Shown here: in pieces, positions 9,362 through 18,753 of the stretch
Position numbering within the stretch: the stretch's first letter is position 1
Layout of the letters: every line of letters begins with the position of its first letter
Source: Collinsella sp.
GTDB taxonomy: Bacteria > Actinomycetota > Coriobacteriia > Coriobacteriales > Coriobacteriaceae
DNA length: 64,000 nt
Direction of reading: 5' to 3'
Assembly: GCA_018367075.1 (NCBI GenBank)
Contig: JAGZGX010000007.1
Coordinates: 39,044-103,043, forward strand
Notes under the pieces: generated by a model
Told to the model about the DNA's origin: nothing
The model's database searches: none
The model's input: only the letters and a program-made list of their open reading frames with translations
Position numbers and translations under genes: made by a program

Positions 9362-10588
9362 ATGAGCAAGGAAAAAGTCGTTCTCGCATATTCCGGTGGT
9401 CTTGATACATCCGTATGTGTCAAGTGGCTCCAGGACGAGAAGAATCTCGATGTCGTTTGCGTCTGCGGCAACGTGGGCCAGGAAGAGACCGGACTGGATG
9501 CCAAGAAGCAGAAGGCGCTCGACCTGGGCGTTCTCGATTGCCAGGTGCTCGACCTGCGCGACGAGTTCTCCGATGAGTTCCTGACCAAAGCCATCGCCGC
9601 AAACTCCATGTACGAGAATAAGTATCCGCTGCTCTCCGCCCTGTCTCGCCCGCTGCTTGCCAAGAAGCTTGTTGAGGTCGCCCACGAGTTTGGCGCGACC
9701 TACGTCGCCCACGGCTGCACTGGCAAAGGTAACGATCAGGTCCGTTTTGAGGCCGCCGTCAAGGCCCTCGACCCCGAGCTCAAGGTTATCGCCCCGGTTC
9801 GCGAGTGGGACCTGAAGTGCCGTCCCGACGAGGTCGCCTATGCCCACGCCCACAACGTGCCGGTTCCCGAGGGTGCCAACGACAACCCCTACTCCATCGA
9901 CGACAACCTGTGGGGTCGCGCCATCGAGTGCGGTCACCTGGAGGACCCTTGGAATGAGCCGCTCGATGACGCTTGGGTTATGACCAAGAACCCCGAGGAC
10001 ACGCCTGACACCCCGACCTATACCGAGATCGAGTTTGAGGCCGGCAAGCCTGTCGCCGTCGACGGCAAGAAGATGAAGCTCTCCGAGATCGTCATCGCCC
10101 TCAACAAGATTTCGGGCGACAACGGCTTTGGCCGTCTTGACCTGGTCGAGGATCGTCTGGTGGGCCTCAAGAGCCGCGAGTGCTATGAGGTTCCCGGCGC
10201 CCTGACGCTCATCACCGCCCACAAGGCGCTCGAGGACATCTGCGTCGAGGGCGACCTGCTCAAGACCAAGATCAAGCTCGAGCAGGATTGGGCCACCGCC
10301 GTGTACAACGGCCAGTGGTACAGCCCGCTCAAGAACGCGCTCGACGCCTTTATGGCCGATACCCAGAAGTTCGTGACCGGCACTGTCCGTCTGAAGTTCT
10401 TTAAGGGCAACTGCCATGTCGTCGGCCGCAAGAGTCCCTTCAGCCTCTACGACTACGGCCTGGCTACCTACGACCGCGACACCACGTTTGACGAGAAGGC
10501 CAGCGCCGGCTTTATCGAGATCGATACGCTGTCGCTCAAGACGTGGGCAAAGGTCCAGGGCCCCAGCTCTGCTGCTGCCCAGGCCTAG
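9362..10588 (+). CDS. argG: Argininosuccinate synthase.
   Basis: AYSGGLDTS P-loop-like motif and full-length ArgG homology. SD AAAGGAAACAGCC-ATG. Confidence 0.92.
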   Translation: MSKEKVVLAYSGGLDTSVCVKWLQDEKNLDVVCVCGNVGQEETGLDAKKQKALDLGVLDCQVLDLRDEFSDEFLTKAIAANSMYENKYPLLSALSRPLLAKKLVEVAHEFGATYVAHGCTGKGNDQVRFEAAVKALDPELKVIAPVREWDLKCRPDEVAYAHAHNVPVPEGANDNPYSIDDNLWGRAIECGHLEDPWNEPLDDAWVMTKNPEDTPDTPTYTEIEFEAGKPVAVDGKKMKLSEIVIALNKISGDNGFGRLDLVEDRLVGLKSRECYEVPGALTLITAHKALEDICVEGDLLKTKIKLEQDWATAVYNGQWYSPLKNALDAFMADTQKFVTGTVRLKFFKGNCHVVGRKSPFSLYDYGLATYDRDTTFDEKASAGFIEIDTLSLKTWAKVQGPSSAAAQA

Positions 10589-10821
10589 CGCCTCCTTCCC
10601 TTGGTATCCGCGCGGCCCATCCGCGTGATACATAACGGGCGCACGGGGTCCCTACCTTTCGTTATGCTTGCTGACACTTCTTAACATCGGTGGCCCCTAC
10701 GTTCCGCCCGCATATATGATGCCGCGTCTGCGGCTGAGTCCGAGCCCCGTCGGGGTTGTCCGGCGGGGCTCCTTCTATCAATTTGGCGGCTCTGTGCCTA
10801 TATATATGAGGAGTATCCATT

Positions 10822-10992
10822 ATGTTCAATGCTATCGCGCATGCTTTGCTTGCCCTCGCGCCCGAGTTCGATGCTGTAAGGGTCGAGGACGTTCCTATGA
10901 GCCTGAAGGCCTGGATCGATGGTTCGCAGGGCAACATCCGGAGGGAGACGTTGGGCGCCAAGTGCATGGTGCGTCACTTCTTTGCAAATTAG
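10822..10992 (+). CDS. Small hypothetical ORF, 56 aa (MFNAIAHALLALAPEFDAVRVEDVPMSLKAWIDGSQGNIRRETLGAKCMVRHFFAN), in the argG-argH spacer.
   Basis: SD GAGGAG 8 nt upstream. GC3 ~70% (gene-like) inside an otherwise lower-GC spacer. It is too short for the supplied ORF track. No family recognised. Confidence 0.25.
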   Translation: MFNAIAHALLALAPEFDAVRVEDVPMSLKAWIDGSQGNIRRETLGAKCMVRHFFAN

Positions 10993-11110
10993 CCACATGG
11001 CCCCGCGCGCGGCAGGGAGTGTGTAAAACTAGCGGTTGATAAATCGCTTTAGCGACAGGGCACATTGCTTTGGACGCTTGTTTTGGTATTTGGAGAAAGG
11101 AGACGGTTCC

Positions 11111-12541
11111 ATGGCTCTTTGGGGCGGTCGTTTTGAGGCGGGCGTGGCCGAGGTCACGCAGGAGTTTGGCGCGTCGCTGCCGGTCGACAAACATCTCTAT
11201 AAGCAGGATATCGCCGGCTCTAAGGCGCATGCCAAGATGTTGGCCGCCCAGGGCATCATCAGTGCCGAGGACGAGCAGGCGATTGCCAAGGGCCTGACCG
11301 GAATCGAACAGGATATCGATGCCGGCAACTTTACCTTCGACATCAACGATGAGGACATTCATATGTCCATCGAGAGCGAGCTGACGCGTCGCATCGGCGA
11401 GGCTGGCAAGCGCTTGCATACTGGGCGTTCGCGCAACGACCAGGTGGCGACCGATACGCGCCTGGGCGTCAAGGCGCTGGCCAAGGAGCTCATGGAGGCC
11501 AATCTTGAGCTGCGCCATGTGCTGGTGGATGCGGCCAAGAAGTACGACAAGGTGATTCTGCCGGGCTACACGCACATGCAACATGCTCAGCCCGTGCTGC
11601 TGTCGCATCACCTGCTGGCGTATTCCTGGATGTTCGCGCGCGACTTTACGCGTTTGAAGGCCGCCTTTGATGCTGCCGACAACTGCCCGCTGGGTGCCGC
11701 TGCGCTTGCCGGTACGAGCTATCCGCTCGATCGCCAGATGACGGCTGCCGAACTTGGCTTTGCGGGCGTGATCCCCAACTCGCTCGATGCCGTTTCCGAC
11801 CGTGATTTTCTGCTCGATCTGCATTACGCCGGATCCGTCATGGCGATGCACCTGTCGCGTCTTTCCGAGGAGATCGTACTGTGGTCGAGCTCCGAATTTG
11901 GCTTTATCACGCTTTCCGACTCGTACTCCACTGGCTCGTCCATCATGCCGCAGAAGAAGAACCCCGACTTTGCCGAGCTTATCCGCGGCAAGAGCGGTCG
12001 CGTGTACGGCAACCTGGTGCAGCTGCTGGTAACCATGAAGGGCCTGCCGCTTGCTTATAACAAGGACTTGCAGGAGGACAAGGAGGGCGCGCTCGATACC
12101 GCCCATACGCTCATGCAGTGCCTGTCCGTTATGGCCGGAATGATTTCGACTTGGACCGTCAACGAGGATGCCATGGCGCGCGAGTGCGGCGTGGGGCACC
12201 TTGCCGCCACCGATGTTGCCGATTACCTGGCCAAGCGTGGCCTGCCGTTCCGCGAGGCACATGCCGTGGTGGGCCATCTGGTCCTGATGTGCGAGAAGCG
12301 CGGCTGCAATCTTGAGGACCTGCCGTTTGAGGTGTTCCAGGAGGCAAGCCCGCTCTTTGAGCGCGACATTACCGAGGCGCTCGATATCCCGTCGATTGTC
12401 GCCGCGCGCACGACCGAGGGCGGCACCGCTCCTGCCGCCGTTGCCGTGCAGTTGCAGCGTGCCGAGGCACAGCTCGTGGCTGACGAGGGCGTGTTTGGAT
12501 CGCTGACCAAGGTCGTCGAGATGGGTCACGGGGCAAAGTAG
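11111..12541 (+). CDS. argH: Argininosuccinate lyase.
   Basis: ALWGGRFE N-terminus and the fumarate-lyase signature GSSIMPQKKNPD. SD GGAGAAAGGAGACGG. Confidence 0.92.
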   Translation: MALWGGRFEAGVAEVTQEFGASLPVDKHLYKQDIAGSKAHAKMLAAQGIISAEDEQAIAKGLTGIEQDIDAGNFTFDINDEDIHMSIESELTRRIGEAGKRLHTGRSRNDQVATDTRLGVKALAKELMEANLELRHVLVDAAKKYDKVILPGYTHMQHAQPVLLSHHLLAYSWMFARDFTRLKAAFDAADNCPLGAAALAGTSYPLDRQMTAAELGFAGVIPNSLDAVSDRDFLLDLHYAGSVMAMHLSRLSEEIVLWSSSEFGFITLSDSYSTGSSIMPQKKNPDFAELIRGKSGRVYGNLVQLLVTMKGLPLAYNKDLQEDKEGALDTAHTLMQCLSVMAGMISTWTVNEDAMARECGVGHLAATDVADYLAKRGLPFREAHAVVGHLVLMCEKRGCNLEDLPFEVFQEASPLFERDITEALDIPSIVAARTTEGGTAPAAVAVQLQRAEAQLVADEGVFGSLTKVVEMGHGAK

Positions 12542-12591
12542 AGGTTTGGCTGAAGCCGTTTTGGCCATGTATTGATAAATCGTTTTCGCTT

Positions 12592-12630
12592 TACGGGCGC
12601 CTGCTGATGTGGGAGCCCGTATTTTGTTGC
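12592..12630 (+). terminator. Probable argH intrinsic terminator.
   Basis: ACGGGCGCC-loop-GGAGCCCGT hairpin followed by ATTTTGTTG. Confidence 0.45.
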
Positions 12631-12926
12631 TATGGGGGAGGGGCTTGTCGAGAACTTCTGTAGGACCTTTGGGCAGGTTGTGAAGGGGATACGTTCGCGG
12701 GCGGCAACCGACCGCCTGCTCTGTTCGGCGCAGTTGATGGGCGGTCGGATGGTACTCTAATCGGGCTTCGAAACAGAAGTGACACATATGGAGCGCTTTA
12801 ATAAATTGCAACGTTTCAATAAACAGCTTTTTGTTTAACTGCAGCTAAAACTCTGTTACGATGCAGTCCAGGCGGGTGCCGGAATGGGACTTGGGCACGC
12901 GCGAACCTACTTGAAAGGCTACTTTT

Positions 12927-13331
12927 ATGGCTATCGAGAAGACCTTCATCATGATTAAGCCCGACGCCGTGCGCGACCGCAAGATCGGCGAGATCGTTGC
13001 TCGCATTGAGCGCAGCGGCCTTGTCATCGAGCGCATGGAGATGACCACGCTCGAGCGCGCTACCGTCGAGGAGCACTACGCCCATCTGGCCGACAAGCCC
13101 TTCTTTGGCGGTCTCTGCGACTTTATGACGAGCGGTCCGGTCGTCAAGATGGTCGTTTCCGGTCTCTCCGCTGTTGCTAAGATGCGCACCCTCATGGGCG
13201 CTACCAACCCGCTTGAGGCTGATCCTGGTACCATCCGCGGCGACTTTGCCGTCGATGTCAACGCCAACGTGATCCACGGCTCCGACTGCCTGGAGAACGC
13301 CGAGATTGAGATCAAGCGCTTCTTTGGCTAA
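12927..13331 (+). CDS. ndk: Nucleoside diphosphate kinase.
   Basis: MAIEKTFIMIKPDAV ... NVIHGSD. The active-site His lies in the NxxHGSD context. Confidence 0.93.
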   Translation: MAIEKTFIMIKPDAVRDRKIGEIVARIERSGLVIERMEMTTLERATVEEHYAHLADKPFFGGLCDFMTSGPVVKMVVSGLSAVAKMRTLMGATNPLEADPGTIRGDFAVDVNANVIHGSDCLENAEIEIKRFFG

Positions 13332-13369
13332 ACCAGCTTTGACTCCTTAAAGCTGTTAGCGTGTGGCTT

Positions 13370-13405
13370 GGGCGCCGCGGAACTCCATCCGCGGCGCCCT
13401 TTTAT
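13370..13405 (+). terminator. ndk intrinsic terminator.
   Basis: GGGCGCCGCGG-AACTCCAT-CCGCGGCGCCC followed by TTTTATT. Confidence 0.75.
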
Positions 13406-13417
13406 TCCAAAATCTAT

Positions 13418-13458
13418 GCAGGGGCCCGCTCGGACATGTGTTCCGAGCGGGCCCCTGC
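13418..13458 (-). terminator. rpiB intrinsic terminator (minus strand).
   Basis: GCAGGGGCCCGCTCGGA-loop-TCCGAGCGGGCCCCTGC is a 17-bp stem. The minus-strand downstream sequence is A/T rich. Confidence 0.65.
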
Positions 13459-13482
13459 TGTTAGCTTGTGGCACTGAATAGT

Positions 13483-13950
13483 TTAGGCTTCGTCGACGAT
13501 CTTAAGGGCGCGCGTGTGATCGATCTCGTTGAGGAGGTTAACGCGACGCTCGTGACGACCGCCCTCAAACTCGGCGTCGAGCCACTCGTCGACGATCATC
13601 TTGGCGAGCTCGGAGCCCACGACGCGGGCGCCAAAAGCGAGCACGTTGGTATTGTTGTGCATGCGGGAGAGCTTGGCGCTGAAGGGCTCGGAGCACACGA
13701 CGGCGCGTACGCCCTCGACCTTGTTGGCAGCCAGGCTGATACCGACGCCGGTGCCACAGATCAGGATGCCTAGATCGACGTCGCCGTTGGCAACGGCCTT
13801 ACCCACCTTGTAGCCGGCGATGGGGTAGTCAAAGCTCTCGGAGGTGTCGGTGCCAAAGTTCACGACCTCGCAGCCGCGCTCCTTCAGGTGCTCGGAGATG
13901 ATGTTCTTGAGCTCGACGGCGGCGTGGTCGTTACCGATACCGATCTTCAT
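13483..13950 (-). CDS. rpiB: Ribose-5-phosphate isomerase B.
   Basis: MKIGIGNDHAAVELK ... ICGTGVGISLAANK is the RpiB/LacAB signature. Confidence 0.88.
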   Translation of the reverse strand: MKIGIGNDHAAVELKNIISEHLKERGCEVVNFGTDTSESFDYPIAGYKVGKAVANGDVDLGILICGTGVGISLAANKVEGVRAVVCSEPFSAKLSRMHNNTNVLAFGARVVGSELAKMIVDEWLDAEFEGGRHERRVNLLNEIDHTRALKIVDEA

Positions 13951-14221
13951 GGATAGTTCCTCTCTGGTCTGTGCGGCGAGATTGCTAAAGGTTTTACCGC
14001 GTTCGACTGCATGATAGCGCGACTTTTGTGTAAACGCTTGGGCGTTTTTTGGTCAAACGCTTTAGCATGCAACAAGACCGGTTTCTCATGAATGAATGCC
14101 GTCAGTTTGCGCCTGAATGCCGTCTACCGGAACCTGGGTTGCGGTTTTTGATGCATTGTTATCAAATAAAAGAGCTAATTATTATTGAGAGCCCAGCCCG
14201 TTATACAAGTAGGAGATACCT

Positions 14222-15541
14222 ATGCCTGCCGATTCCCTTCGTGATGCCGCGTTTTGCGATGTTTTGAACCGCGAACTTGTTTGTGCACTCGGCTGCACCG
14301 AGCCCATTGCCGTTGCTTATGCAGCGGCGCTGGCGAGCCAGACGCTCGGTTGCGAACCCGATCATATGGATGTTGCCTGCTCGGGCAACATCATCAAGAA
14401 CGTCAAGAGCGTGACCGTGCCCAACTCGGGCGGTATGCACGGTATTGAGGCCGCGGCCGTGCTGGGTGCCGTGGGCGGCGACGCCAAGAGCGCGCTCGAG
14501 GTGCTCGAGAGCGTCGATGACGCGGACCGCGCCCGCGTGGCCGAGCTGCTTGCCGATGCGGACTACTGCGATGTGTCGCTTGTCGAGGGTGTGCCCAACC
14601 TCTACATCAAGGTGACTGCGACGGCCGGGGGCCATACCGCGGTCGTCGAGATTACCGATCACCACACTAATGTCACGTGCCATACGCTCGACGGTATTCC
14701 GGTATGCGGTAAGTCGGCGGGGGAGTGCGCCGCCTGCGCCGAGCGCGTGGTGGCCGAGCGTGCGGCAGATAACGCCGACACGCCCATGTCGATCGAGACC
14801 ATCATCGACTTTATCGAGGATGGTGACATTGAGGACGCCCGCGCTGCCGTTGAGCGTCAGATTGAGCTGAATGGCGCGATCAGTGCCGAGGGTCTCGCGC
14901 ACGCTTGGGGCGCCGAGGTGGGCCGTACGCTGCTGGGTGCTCGTGCCGATGACGTCGCCTGCCGCGCCCGTGCCCGTGCGGCCGCCGGGTCCGACGCCCG
15001 CATGAACGGTTGCGCGCTGCCGGTCGCCATTGTGTGCGGCTCGGGCAATCAGGGCATTACCTGCGCATTGCCCGTCATGGAGTATGCCGAGTACCTGCGT
15101 TGCGACCACGAGCGCCTGGTGCGCGCCGTGATGCTGTCCGATCTTATCGCCGTGCATATCAAGAGCTATATTGGTGCGCTTTCGGCGTTTTGCGGTGCTA
15201 TTTGCGCTGCGTGCGGCGCCGGCGCTGCGATTACCTGGCTGTGCGGTGGCACGCGCGAACAGATTGGCGCGACCGTCTCGAACACGCTCGGTAACGTGGG
15301 CGGCATCGTGTGCGACGGCGCCAAGGCGAGCTGTGCCGCCAAGATCTCGGCTGCCGTCGATGCGGCGATTCTGGGCCATGATATGGCCATGCAGGGTCGC
15401 GGCTTCCGCGCCGGCGAGGGCCTGATCCAAGATACCGTTGAGCAAACAATCGCCAGTATGGGCTACGTAGGCCGCGTGGGCATGAAGGACACCGACATCG
15501 AGATCCTCAACATCATGATCGGCAAAACCCAGGTGTGCTAG
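14222..15541 (+). CDS. L-cysteine desulfidase family protein (CyuA/YhaM, UPF0597; serine-dehydratase-like).
   Basis: LGCTEPIAVAYAAA, GGHTAVVEI, GSGNQGIT and IVCDGAKASCAAK blocks are collinear with E. coli YhaM. SD TAGGAGAT. Confidence 0.75.
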   Translation: MPADSLRDAAFCDVLNRELVCALGCTEPIAVAYAAALASQTLGCEPDHMDVACSGNIIKNVKSVTVPNSGGMHGIEAAAVLGAVGGDAKSALEVLESVDDADRARVAELLADADYCDVSLVEGVPNLYIKVTATAGGHTAVVEITDHHTNVTCHTLDGIPVCGKSAGECAACAERVVAERAADNADTPMSIETIIDFIEDGDIEDARAAVERQIELNGAISAEGLAHAWGAEVGRTLLGARADDVACRARARAAAGSDARMNGCALPVAIVCGSGNQGITCALPVMEYAEYLRCDHERLVRAVMLSDLIAVHIKSYIGALSAFCGAICAACGAGAAITWLCGGTREQIGATVSNTLGNVGGIVCDGAKASCAAKISAAVDAAILGHDMAMQGRGFRAGEGLIQDTVEQTIASMGYVGRVGMKDTDIEILNIMIGKTQVC

Positions 15542-15730
15542 TTACGCGGTTTTACCAAACCGCGTAACCAGTCGACGCTGCAAATGCCCCTAAGCGGCAA
15601 TCTGCCTTTCAATCGTCGGGCATGGCCAGAAGGCCTATGCCCTCCTCTTTCAAGGCACATTGCTCGCTTAGGGGCATTTTCGCTGACTTGTGCTCAACCT
15701 GCGGCGATATTTGGTTTGGAGCGAGGGGTC

Positions 15731-16489
15731 CTACGACAGTTCGTCGGCTACTTGGTGTTCGTAGAAGGCTTCGATTACGGCGTTAAAGTCGCGGGCGAAG
15801 TCTTCCATGGTTCCGCGCCAGGTGGCTCGGCCGGGTTTTCCCTGGCCAACATAGGCAGTTTGAATGCCGCAGGCGGGACTGGGGAAGTCGCGCTTGGGAT
15901 CGTTGCCCACCATAAGGACCTCGTGTGGCTCGAGCCCCATCACCTGAAGCTGCTCTAGATAGTAGGTGGCATCGGGCTTGCAGCGGGTGGCGTTTCCCAT
16001 GTGCGTCACGAGTTCAAAGGGGGCGTCGGCCAGGTCGCCCCAACCCATGCGGCACTCGATGGCCCCCTGGGGAAAGCTGGGGTTGGTAAAGAGCGCGCAG
16101 CGCAGCCCTGCGTCCTGTACGGCCTGGAGCGCGGCGTGTGCGCCCGGCATGGCGTGGGCGTTAATGATATCGTCGTTCTTGTACGGAAGAACTTCGCGGT
16201 CATAGTAGGTAAACGCCTCGTAGATGAGGGGATCGGAGAGGCAGATCCCGCATCGGCGCTCGACCTCTTCTTGGTAAAACTCAAGATTGGTGCGGTTGTC
16301 CGTGCCGCTTCGGCGGTTGGCGTTGAGGTCGACCAGAATGGTGCCGAGGCGCGCCATCGTGCCACCGCGGCTGCGGCGTCCGATATCCGCGAGCATCGAC
16401 GATACATCCTTAAAATAGCGAAGGATGAACGCGTTGAGGTTGATGCTGAGAAGCGTCTCGTCCATATCGAAAACGACTGCTTTGAGCAC
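15731..16489 (-). CDS. HAD-IA family hydrolase.
   Basis: N-terminus MLKAVVFDMDETLL (DxDxT) and MVGNDPKRD (motif IV). Confidence 0.65.
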   Translation of the reverse strand: MLKAVVFDMDETLLSINLNAFILRYFKDVSSMLADIGRRSRGGTMARLGTILVDLNANRRSGTDNRTNLEFYQEEVERRCGICLSDPLIYEAFTYYDREVLPYKNDDIINAHAMPGAHAALQAVQDAGLRCALFTNPSFPQGAIECRMGWGDLADAPFELVTHMGNATRCKPDATYYLEQLQVMGLEPHEVLMVGNDPKRDFPSPACGIQTAYVGQGKPGRATWRGTMEDFARDFNAVIEAFYEHQVADELS

Positions 16490-16803
16490 GCGGGCACCTT
16501 TCTCGATAAATCGTTCCAGAATCGTTGCTCCGGATACTTTACCCCAAAGCCGTATGCCTAACTGCCTATCGTCAACTTATGGAGACGGTCGTCCACAAGA
16601 TTGCGAAAAAGTCTCCATACGAGTAAAAAATCGCAGTTCACGCTTGAAATCGAAATGATTTCCCCGTAACCTATACGAACGTGATTGCATAAGCGTCACA
16701 TTAGTATCTGTCGGCTCCCGAGTGTTCCTAAACGTTGTGTGCTTGTCGCACCCTTCTGTAGGTCCTAGCAATCGGGGCCCCGTAGTTCGAAAGGGGTCCA
16801 CCT

Positions 16804-17970
16804 TTGAGTGAGATTCAGAACTCGTCCATTTTCTCTCTTGACGATGTCAACGAGGAGGAGATGAACAACCTCATCGACGGTACGATTACCGACTTTGATG
16901 AGGGCGATCTCGTTAACGGCACTGTCGTTAAGATCGAGCATGACGAGGTGCTCGTTGACATCGGATTCAAGTCCGAGGGCGTTATCCCGGTCCGCGAGCT
17001 GTCCATCCGCAAGGACGCTAACCCTGCAGACATCGTTGCACTCGGTGATCCCATCGAGGCTCTGGTTCTCCAGAAGGAGGACAAGGACGGTCGTCTGGTC
17101 CTGTCCAAGAAGCGTGCCGAGTACGAGCGTGCTTGGAACCGCATCGAGGAGAAGTTCAACTCCGGCGAGAACGTCGAGGGCGAGGTTATCGAGGTTGTCA
17201 AGGGCGGCCTGATCCTCGACATCGGCCTGCGTGGCTTCCTGCCCGCTTCCCTCGTCGACCTCCGTCGCGTCAAGGACCTCACCTCCTACATGGGCACCCG
17301 CATCGAGGCCCGCGTTATCGAGATGGACCGCAACCGCAACAACGTCGTCCTCTCCCGTCGCGTCGTGCTCGAGGAGTCCCGTAAGGCCGAGCGCTCCGAG
17401 ATCCTGTCCAAGCTCAAGTCTGGCATGCGTCTCCAGGGCACTGTTTCCTCCATCGTCGACTTCGGCGCCTTCGTCGACCTCGGCGGTATAGACGGCCTCA
17501 TCCACATCTCCGAGCTCTCCTGGAACCACGTCAACCATCCTTCCGAGGTTGTCAAGGTCGGCCAGGAGGTCGAGGTCGAGGTTCTCGACGTCGATCTCAA
17601 CCGTGAGCGCATCTCCCTGGGTCTCAAGCAGACCACCGAGGATCCGTGGCGCGCACTGGTCAAGAAGTACCCCGTCGGCGCTATCGTCGAGGGCACTGTG
17701 ACCAAGCTTGTCCCGTTCGGCGCTTTCGTCGACCTGGGCGAGGGCATCGAGGGCCTGGTGCACATCTCCGAGATGGCCAACAAGCACGTCGACCAGCCTT
17801 CTCAGGTCACCCACGTGGGCGACAAGGTTCAGGTCAAGGTCATGGAGATCGACCTCGACCGTCGTCGCATCTCCCTGTCCATGAAGTCTGCTGCTGAGAC
17901 TCTGGGCGTCGAGATCGAGGTTACCCCGCTTCCTTCCGAGAAGAAGGACGAGGAGACCGACGCCGAGTAA
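16804..17970 (+). CDS. rpsA: 30S ribosomal protein S1 (short form with four S1 domains, 388 aa). Likely TTG start.
   Basis: Repeated S1 domains (GxVxGxVxxIxxFGAFVDLGG ...). The GAAAGGGG SD precedes the TTG at 16804. An internal alternative ATG exists at 16861. Confidence 0.8.
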   Translation: MSEIQNSSIFSLDDVNEEEMNNLIDGTITDFDEGDLVNGTVVKIEHDEVLVDIGFKSEGVIPVRELSIRKDANPADIVALGDPIEALVLQKEDKDGRLVLSKKRAEYERAWNRIEEKFNSGENVEGEVIEVVKGGLILDIGLRGFLPASLVDLRRVKDLTSYMGTRIEARVIEMDRNRNNVVLSRRVVLEESRKAERSEILSKLKSGMRLQGTVSSIVDFGAFVDLGGIDGLIHISELSWNHVNHPSEVVKVGQEVEVEVLDVDLNRERISLGLKQTTEDPWRALVKKYPVGAIVEGTVTKLVPFGAFVDLGEGIEGLVHISEMANKHVDQPSQVTHVGDKVQVKVMEIDLDRRRISLSMKSAAETLGVEIEVTPLPSEKKDEETDAE

Positions 17971-17996
17971 ATCGGTTTGACGATCACTTGTTTTAA

Positions 17997-18029
17997 GGGA
18001 TCCGTCCGCAATGGACGGGTCCCTTTTTG
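17997..18029 (+). terminator. rpsA intrinsic terminator.
   Basis: GGGATCCGTCC-GCAAT-GGACGGGTCCC followed by TTTTT. Confidence 0.75.
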
Positions 18030-18310
18030 CATTTGCTGCTGAGGCGCGCGATGCTATCCGTGCGCAATGCTGCCCGGGTTGTCTGTTTGCTATTGGGTTG
18101 TCGGTGCATGAAAAATGCCGACATCCCGCCTCGGGGAGGAGGCGGGAACACACCGAGTAGACGGAGGGGTGCGGAGCGCGGTCGCGTCTCGACTGACGAC
18201 GTTGCCCATCGACAGGACCATTGTAACGCATGGCGGTTCTTGGTTTATCGTGTCGAGCGTTTGCGTTGTGCCATTGCCTGCGGCAACGGTGTGTTACACT
18301 CTTGCACTGC

Positions 18311-18668
18311 TGAGTGGGCCAGACGGTCGCGCGATGTGCTGCTTGCAGTACGCGTGAGGAAAGTCCGGGCTCCAGAGGGCGGGATGCCGGCTAACGGCCG
18401 GGCGGAGTGATCCGACGGAAAGCGCCGCAGAAAAGAAGACTCCCACCTGCGCCGTAAGGCGTAAAGGGAAAAGCTGAAACGGTGGTGTAAGAGACCACCA
18501 GCGTCGTGGCAACACGGCGGCTTGGCAAACCCCATCCGGAGCAAGCGCGAATAGGAACGCTATGGGCCGGCCCGGTCCGCGTTCGGGTAGCGTGCGTGGA
18601 GCTGCACGGTAACGTGCAGACAAGATAAATGACCGTTCACGACAGAACCCGGCTTATAGGCCCACTTG
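18311..18668 (+). ncRNA. rnpB: RNase P RNA (bacterial type A).
   Basis: GAGGAAAGUCCGGGCUCC (P4 5' strand) at 18356, internal GGUAAGAGCGCACC-like and AGGAACGC/GGGUAGG motifs, and a 3' ACAGAACCCGGCUUA P4 strand. The P1 pairs AGUGGGCC (18313-18320) with GGCCCACU (18659-18666). Confidence 0.88.
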
Positions 18669-18753
18669 GCATTTTTGTTACCCTGACAATCGGTACGGCC
18701 TTTGCCGTATTATTGAGGCTGTTTATTGCTGTGCTTTATTCTGTTGAGGGGCT

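Noticed and set aside
18027-18410. Track ORF of 127 aa on the plus strand.
   Set aside because: It overlaps the 5' half of RNase P RNA (rnpB, 18311..18668), whose conserved P4/P1 elements are unambiguous.
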